Origin: the human T2T-CHM13v2.0 reference genome, Homo sapiens
Strand: one strand, 5' to 3'
DNA: 64,000 bases
Assembly: GCF_009914755.1 (NCBI RefSeq)
Contig: NC_060934.1
The notes under the pieces were generated by a model. That model saw only the letters and a list, made by a program, of their open reading frames with translations, searched no databases and was not told the origin of the DNA. Every line of letters begins with the position of its first letter. The stretch's first letter is position 1. This document shows, piece by piece, positions 56,095 to 64,000 of this stretch. The position numbers were made by a program, and so were the translations under genes.

Positions 56095-57460
56095 CAGAGG
56101 TGGATTTTCCACGGAACTAAAGCAGCTGTGGGGCCTCCCTCAGGAGCTCACATGGTCATACGTTGTATGTATTTCTCAAAAGTCACGTAACCACACTGGC
56201 TAAGGTCACCGTTTCTTTTCACTTTGACTTACCCGCACTGCAGCCGGTGGTGGAAGCTACAGGGAGCTTTTGGGGCCTAACAGGAAGTTAAGCTGGGATT
56301 ATGCCATTTTAGTAGCAATTGAGAAAGCCATTGTGGAATGTTTCAATAAAGTGAGAAATTCCAAACTTCTAAATTTGTGACTTTAAATGATACCGTTTTT
56401 AGGCATCCTTAAAGTTATATGCAGGCCAGGTGTGCTGGCTTATGCCTGTAATATCAGAACTTCGGTGGGAGGCCAAGGTGGGAGGACTGCTTTAGCCAAG
56501 GAGTTCGAGACCACCCTGGGCAATGTAGGGAGACTCCGTCTCTACAAATTAATTAAAAAATTAGCTGGGTGTGGTGGCATATGCCTGTGGTCCAGGCGGG
56601 TGGAGGTCCTCAGCTACTAGGGAGGCTGAGACAGGAGGATCACCTGAGCGCAGGAGGTTGAGGCTGCAATGATCATGCCATTGCACGCCAGCCTGGGCCA
56701 CAGAGTAAGACTCAGTCTCAAAAGTAAAATAAAGTAAAAGTTATTTACAAAAGAACTGAGAGCAAGATCAGATACAAATCAATAAAACATGAAACAGAAG
56801 CAATAGGAATAACGACATCTGTAGAAGTTATTCTCACGCAGAGAAGTAAATTGTACAAGAAGGTTTAGGATCATACTGAAAGTAGCAATTTACTGAAAAG
56901 AAAAGATAAGTTTCAAATAGGAAGATTAAACAGTAATTTACAACTAGTTATTACACACAAATAATGAGATGCCCTGACATTTTTAAAGTTAATGTGTGAA
57001 AGAAGTTGATGGTAGTTTTCCCAAATTCGACCAGGAACCTCAAAAATTTATCTGATACTATCAACAAGAAGCTGTAAAGCTGAAAGTTACTTCTGTAAGC
57101 TACGAAAAACTAGTTTCGGATGACAGCTACTGTGGGAAAAACGGAATAATCTCTCTGCTATCTCTTGAAAAGGATGTTACAAAATCATTGACACAAAGAA
57201 GCACTCAAAGAATGGGTCACTAAAAGCTATAGGAAAGTTGTGTTCAAAATACACCGGGCAGTGACTGAATCAAGTATTATGTAATTCTTCTGGAATTTGT
57301 GATGCTTACGGTATTTGTCATCTTTATAACATTCATAATTTATTTTGATTTCTCTTTCCCCAAAAATGATGACTTTCACATTTGTATTTTGGATTCTTGT
57401 TGATAAAATGAGACCCTTAAGGTATATAAGCATCAGGCGCCACAAATCCTGGATCTCCTA
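56095..57460 (+). mobile_element. Arthur1/MER69-like hAT-Tip100 element with transposase dimerisation-domain remnant
   Basis: Termini cagaggtggattt / cctggatctcc; VFPN..LK/IYLILSTRSCKAESYFCKL at ~57015-57105. Confidence 0.8.
56423..56738 (+). mobile_element. Alu (AluJ-like) inside Arthur1
   Basis: TSD aaagttat. Confidence 0.9.
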
Positions 57461-57486
57461 TTATTTTACATGCTCTCTATTTCAGA

Positions 57487-57785
57487 TTTTTTTTTTTTTT
57501 TTTTTTGATGGAGTCTTGCTCAGTCACTTAGGCTGGAGTGCAGTGACACCATTTCGGCTCATTGCCACCTCTGCCCCCAGGGTTCAAGTGATTCTTCTGC
57601 CTCAGCATCCTGAGTAGCTGGGACTACGGGAGCAGGCCACCGTGCCCAGCTAATTTTTTGTATTTTTAGTAGAGATGGGGTTTTGCCATGTTGGCCAAGC
57701 TGGTCTCGAACTCCTGACCTCATGATCCGCCCGCCTTGGCCTCCCAAAGTGCTGGGATTACAGGCAGGAGCCACTGCACCCAGCC
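57487..57785 (-). mobile_element. Alu
   Basis: TSD atttcagattt. Confidence 0.95.
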
Positions 57786-58289
57786 TCCATTTCAGATTTC
57801 TGATGGCTGTACTCTCATTGCACTAATATCCGTGAACTTGAGAAACTTTACATCACTCTTCCACAGTCTCTAGTCAACTGTTAATTATGTTTTTAAGCCT
57901 GTGTGAAAAAGTTCCATTTCTTTTTTAAAGGAGATTTCCATTTGTATTAATGTTGACTAAACTTCTTTCGGAAGACTGCAGTGATCAAGGAAGAGAAAAG
58001 CTAATGTAACATATGAAAATTGGGTTGGCACATATTTAAAATAATGCATATAAATTATGGGAACTTGAATATTGACTCATCTGGGTAGCAAATAACACTA
58101 TCAAAGAATTCAAGTCACAGAATAGGCTATCATTCCAAGTATCTGCCTACTTTGCAGAAAGGAGTCCTAGATTAGAAAGGGTATTATGCCTGGGCATGAG
58201 CACCAAGACATGGGGGCTCTGGGGGTCATCTTGGAGGCTAAGGTGTGTTCTCCACAGTTCAGCCATTACATCACAGTAAAGTGGAAAGG

Positions 58290-59045
<756 letters not shown>

Positions 59046-59139
59046 TTCTTGCATTTTTTTCATGATTAGGCATATTCTGTTTTGGCTCCTTGTAGAGCTC
59101 TTGGATTAGGTTCAATTTGCTAAACGTGTAAACCTATAA

Positions 59140-59210
59140 ATTTTAGGATGCTTTTATCCAGAGCTGTTTCATTTCATCATCTTTCCAACCCTGGGAAGTA
59201 AGGGCTATTA

Positions 59211-59254
<44 letters not shown>

Positions 59255-59370
59255 CTTCTTTACATTTAAGGAAGCTGAGGCCCAGAGAACTTCACAGCCA
59301 AGACCCAGCAAAGCCAAGCTGATGCTTGGATCTTTGATTGAAACTGTGCTCATTCCACCTCTTTATACTG
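59140..59370 (-). mobile_element. MIR with internal (TTA)n (59211-59252)
   Basis: aggaagctgaggcccagaga core. Confidence 0.7.
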
Positions 59371-59392
59371 CCCTTTAGAAAGGGTCAGTGAT

Positions 59393-59670
59393 GGCCGGGC
59401 CTGGCAGCTCATGCCTGCAATCTAAGCACTTTGGGAGGCTGAAGCAAGAGGGTTTCTTGAGCCCAGGAGTTTGAGACCAGCCTGGGCAACATGGCAAAAC
59501 CCTGTGTTTACAAAAAAATACAAAAAGTAGCCAGCCATAGTGGTGCACATGCCTGTGGTCCCAGCTACTCTGGAGGCTGAGGCAGGAGGATTGCTTGAGC
59601 CTGGGAGTTGAGACTGCAGTGAGCCATGACCACACCCTGCACTCCAGCCTGGGCAACAGTGAGAGACCTT
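59393..59670 (+). mobile_element. Alu (AluJ-like)
   Basis: Alu consensus. Confidence 0.9.
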
Positions 59671-59671
59671 G

Positions 59672-59705
59672 GAAAAGAAAGAAAAGAAAGGAAAGAAAGA
59701 AAGGA

Positions 59706-59776
<71 letters not shown>

Positions 59777-59862
59777 GAAAGAAGGAAGGAAGGAAGGAAG
59801 GAAGAAGAAAGAAAGAAAGAAAAGAAAGAAAGAAAAAGAAAAGAAAGAGAAAAAAAGAAAGG
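59672..59862. repeat. (GAAA)n/(GGAA)n polypurine tract from an Alu tail
   Basis: Direct reading. Confidence 0.95.
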
Positions 59863-60014
59863 ATCAATGAGATGGTAGCACTTTGACACACTTTTTTTTT
59901 ATTATGCACTTTTTTAATTGAAGATAATTAGGAAACTAGGAAGAAAAAGCAAAATTAAATAAAATAATTGTAAAACTGAATGAGAGTTAGCTTATGAAGA
60001 ATCAAAAGCACTTA

Positions 60015-60342
<328 letters not shown>

Positions 60343-60492
60343 CTAAAAAACCCACTGAACTAAAAGTCAGGATATGTGGTTTAAGGGCTAACTGTTCTTA
60401 CATAAAATATACAACTTTGGAAATTGTATTCACACTTGCTGAGCCTTCGGTTTCTTATCTATAAAATGGGGTTAAAAATATCTACTTCATTG

Positions 60493-60793
60493 GCAGGCCA
60501 TGGTGGCTCATGCCTGTAATCTCAGCAGTTTGGGAGGTACAGGTGGGATGATTCATTGAAGCTAAGTGTTTGAAATCAGCCTGGGCAACACTGCAAGACC
60601 TCATCTCTACTAAAAATAAAAAAAATTAGCTGAGTATGGAGGCACATGTCTGTAGTCAGCTATTCTAGAGGCTGAAGCAGGAGGATTGCTTGGGCCCAGG
60701 ATTTGGAGGCTGTAGTGAGGTATGATAGCACCACTGCATTCCAGCCTGGGGCACAGATTGAGACCCTGACTCTAAAAAAAAAACCACAAAAAA
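60493..60793 (+). mobile_element. Alu (AluJ-like)
   Basis: Alu consensus. Confidence 0.9.
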
Positions 60794-60796
60794 TAC

Positions 60797-60932
60797 TGTG
60801 TTCTATGCTCATTCCGTGGGTGACGGGATTTTTTGTGTCCCAGACCTCAGCATCATGTAATATACCCATGTAACAAATCTGCACATGTTCCCCTGTATCT
60901 AAAATAAAAGTTGAAGAAAAAACAAAAAAAAA
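60797..60932 (+). mobile_element. L1 (L1PB/L1MA-type) extreme 3' end
   Basis: atacccatgtaacaaatctgcacatg..ctaaaataaaagttgaa. Confidence 0.85.
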
Positions 60933-61261
60933 ATCTACTTTATAAAAGTGATTATGTGAGAACATAGTGTGGAAAAAAACATTTTAAATTATATCCCTAT
61001 ATGAGTGTAAGGCATCACTGCCATAACTTTGAAAAATAGTGTGTTTCACCTAGAAACACTGAACCTCCAAACAATCTAAACATTTAAATGAATGTATTTC
61101 AAATCCATCTATGTGAAATGTATAAAATTTATAATAGTCATGTAATGACCAAATTATATAGAGACTTATTAGTCAGATCAACCAATACATATTGAGTTCT
61201 CATTATATTCTTAACAATATGCCAGTTTCTGTGTCGGGAATCAAAGAAATATACACTCCCA

Positions 61262-61563
61262 GTCTGGGTGTAGTGGCTCACAGGTGTAACCCCAGCATTT
61301 TGGGAGGCCAACATGGGTGGATCATTTGAGCCCAGGAGTTTGGGACCAGCCTGGGCAACATAGTGAGACCCAGTTTCTACAAAAAGTACAAAAACTTAGC
61401 CAGGCATGGCGGCACATGCCTGTGGTCCCAGCTACATAGGAAGCTGAGGTGGGAAGATCCCTTGAATCTGGGAGGTTGAGGCTGCAGGGAGCCACGATTA
61501 TGTCACTGCGCTCCAGCCTGAGTGATAGCAAGATCCTGTCTCAAAACAAAACAAAACAAAAAC
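61262..61563 (+). mobile_element. Alu (AluJ-like)
   Basis: Alu consensus. Confidence 0.9.
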
Positions 61564-61987
61564 TACACTACCAGATCCTTTCCATAAGAAAATTAACAAA
61601 TGACTACACATGTACTTATACATTCAAAATAATTTAAGTAATGAAACATTATATGAGAAAGTATACATTTTCCCCTTGATTTATTAATGCTGTCAACATT
61701 CAATACATGTCTGTTACAATTAGCTCTTGTGTGTGCTCTTACATTTGTGAGTCCAGCACCACACTTTCAGTTCAACGTACTGCTGGGACACAGGATTCAG
61801 GTGCACTACTACCAAGCGGGATCTTGATTTAGATGTCCTGACTTAGCAGTCAACTCCCTTTAACAGGACAGGGTAAAAGTGCAGTCTGTGTCAACTCTAT
61901 TAGATTTCCTCTTAATTAGCTTATTTTCACACAAAAAAATAGTTACGAAGAATAGTGTACAGTTTGGATAACTTTAAAAGTTATGTA

Positions 61988-62056
61988 TCAGGTTTGGTGC
62001 AAAAGTACCAAAAATGGTGGTTGGTTTTAACCTCAATTACTTTTACACCAACCCAA
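61988..62056. mobile_element. Degenerate MADE1
   Basis: ttggtgcaaaagta..caattacttttacaccaacc. Confidence 0.75.
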
Positions 62057-62642
62057 TGAAATGTTTGCTCCCATGACCCAGTGAAGAGTTAGGGCATCAT
62101 CTTATTAGGATATCGCTCAGAAGCCTGGCCACTCTCTGGGCATCATACTCCTGAAAGAAATGGTCTTGCGACATCTACTGTTTTGGAATTAATTGACAGC
62201 AATGCATAAAGGTTTGTGTGGTTGATTTGTTGTACTGTTCTTCATTTGAGAATGAATTATACTATCCAAGGAATATGTTGAAACAAACTGGACTTTTTTT
62301 TTGTTTGGCAACCTATATCGTCAATCATTATAAGCACAAGTACATTCAAGAAACCATCAGTACTGTCTGTGAGGTTCTGCACACACTTTCCAGGGGATGC
62401 AGGCTCAGGGCTGGGCCATCAGGGGTCCTTCATCAAGAACAAGGGTGACCTCACAGAACCTTTTCTAAAAATTCTCTCACGGAAAGTCCCTTTTCTGTTT
62501 ACACCTCTTGATTCCTCTTTGGCCTCTTTTGTTTCACAGCAAAACAGAAGTAGAAAGAGGTGCTCTCGTGACGGCAGTGCCACGTCGCTTCACAGACCTT
62601 TTGTGCTGACAGCTCCCTGGCCACTAATTAACTTCTAAGTAT

Positions 62643-62751
62643 TTATGTTGGTGCAAAAGTCATTGAAAGTAATTGTGGTTTTTGCCATTTAAAGTAATTT
62701 TTGCCATTTAAAGTAATGGCAAAAACCACAATTACTTTTGCACCAACCTAA
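62643..62751. mobile_element. MADE1 with two internal micro-duplications
   Basis: gttggtgcaaaagt..aaaaaccacaattacttttgcaccaacctaa. Confidence 0.92.
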
Positions 62752-63311
62752 TATTTAAAAGGCAGAACACCAGTTTTTGGTAGAGTAAAATAATTAATAA
62801 CACTTCACTGTAAATATTTTTCTCCTGTATTTCCTAGCACTGGATGAGTGTCTAGCCTCTGAGTCAGCTTTTACTGACAGTTCAAGCTTGGTGGAAAATA
62901 ACTTCTAAAGAACAAGGAAACCAAATAGCATATGATTCCTAAGCAGAAATGAAGGGATTTTAATACAAAGTAGTTGATGTTCAGAGATCACTGGGACACA
63001 GTGTGATCCAGAATGGAAGTGGAGTTGGAGTCATGTATGTGAGGATGGGAGAGAAAGAGAGGATCTAGAGAGAAGGGGAGACAGTGAAGGATGGCAGAAC
63101 AAGCGCATGCCAGGGAGGGTGAGCACCCTGAGATACTCAGGACAGGGGCGCTTTAGGGGTACAGTAGCTGCCAGGCAGCAGATGGAGTACGGGGACTTGA
63201 AGGGAAGCAGGCGCACCAGCTGGGGGTCCCTACTGCAGTGCGCTACATAAGAGGTGATGGAGGCTTGCCCTCAGGTGGCGCAGACGAGGCCATGAGAAGC
63301 TGTTAGATTCA

Positions 63312-63542
63312 AGATATATTGATATATTCTATATCTCATTCTATTGATATATATATATATACACACATCAATATCAATATATATCTTATTCTATTGATAT
63401 ATATACAGAACAATATATATCTCATTCTATTGATATATATCAATAGAATATAGCTATAATATCTAATATAGAATATAATATCTCATTCTATTGACATATA
63501 TTGACATATTGATATACTGATATATATATATATTGATATATT
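63312..63542. repeat. AT-rich imperfect tandem/palindromic repeat (ctcattctattgatatata units)
   Basis: Direct reading. Confidence 0.85.
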
Positions 63543-63551
63543 CTGATGACT

Positions 63552-63852
63552 GTTTTTGTGTTGTTGTTTGTTTGTTCATTTGAGGCAGGGTATCTCTCTG
63601 TGGCTTAGGCTGGAGTGCAGTGGAACAATCTCGGCTCACTGCAACCTCTGCCTCCCGGGCTCCCACTTCAGCCTCCAGAGTAGCTGGGGTTACAGGTGCC
63701 CGCCGCCATGCCTGGCTAATTTTTGTACTTTTGGTAGAGATGGGGTTTTACTGTGTTGGCCAGGCTGGTTTCGAACTCTTGGCCTCAGGTGATCTGCCTG
63801 CCTTGACCTCCCAAAGTGTTGGGATTACAGGTGTGAACCACCACGCCCCGCC
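63552..63852 (-). mobile_element. Alu
   Basis: TSD gatgactgtt. Confidence 0.92.
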
Positions 63853-64000
63853 TGAGATGACTGTTGATAGGACACGCTAATGAAGGTAAGAGAGGGAGAA
63901 GAAAAATAGATGACTTTATTTTGTGACCTGAGTAATGAGATAAAAGCCTGGGCTATTTCCTGAGATGGGAAAGACTGAAGATATGGCAGCATTTGGGGAG

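Larger units (their letters stand above)
63090..64000 (-). mobile_element. L2 fragment interrupted by an AT-rich repeat and an Alu
   Basis: agaggtgatggaggcttg..gattcaagatatatt; tgagatgggaaagact. Confidence 0.65.

Noticed and set aside
59422-59909. K/E/R-rich and F/L/S-rich ORFs
   Set aside because: Translation of the (GAAA)n microsatellite

Overview
Primate (human-like) genomic DNA with no intact protein-coding gene. Much of it is interspersed repeats: about 35 Alu copies, L1/L2/MIR fragments, MaLR/ERVL/ERV1 solo LTRs (including a full-length MER41B), and hAT and Tc1-mariner MITEs. Almost every entry in the ORF track is repeat-derived or incidental. The main result, read by eye, is a large decayed multi-exon coding gene on the minus strand spanning ~32960 to ~217. 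It has about 30 candidate exons. Most keep AG/GT splice sites, and eleven consecutive ones (12281-6214) chain in phase into one protein-like frame. That frame carries many premature stops, biased to TGA. I could not name the protein family; it looks like an old unitary pseudogene. Other notable structures are a ~170-bp ancient inverted repeat (43.4/45.9 kb), a ~120-nt near-perfect hairpin (52.3 kb), a MER41B LTR with an intact GAS motif, three MADE1 (miR-548-type) hairpins and a CpG/GC-box/CRE patch at 46-47 kb. Repeat family names come from recalled consensus sequences, and boundaries are approximate unless a TSD or splice site is quoted.
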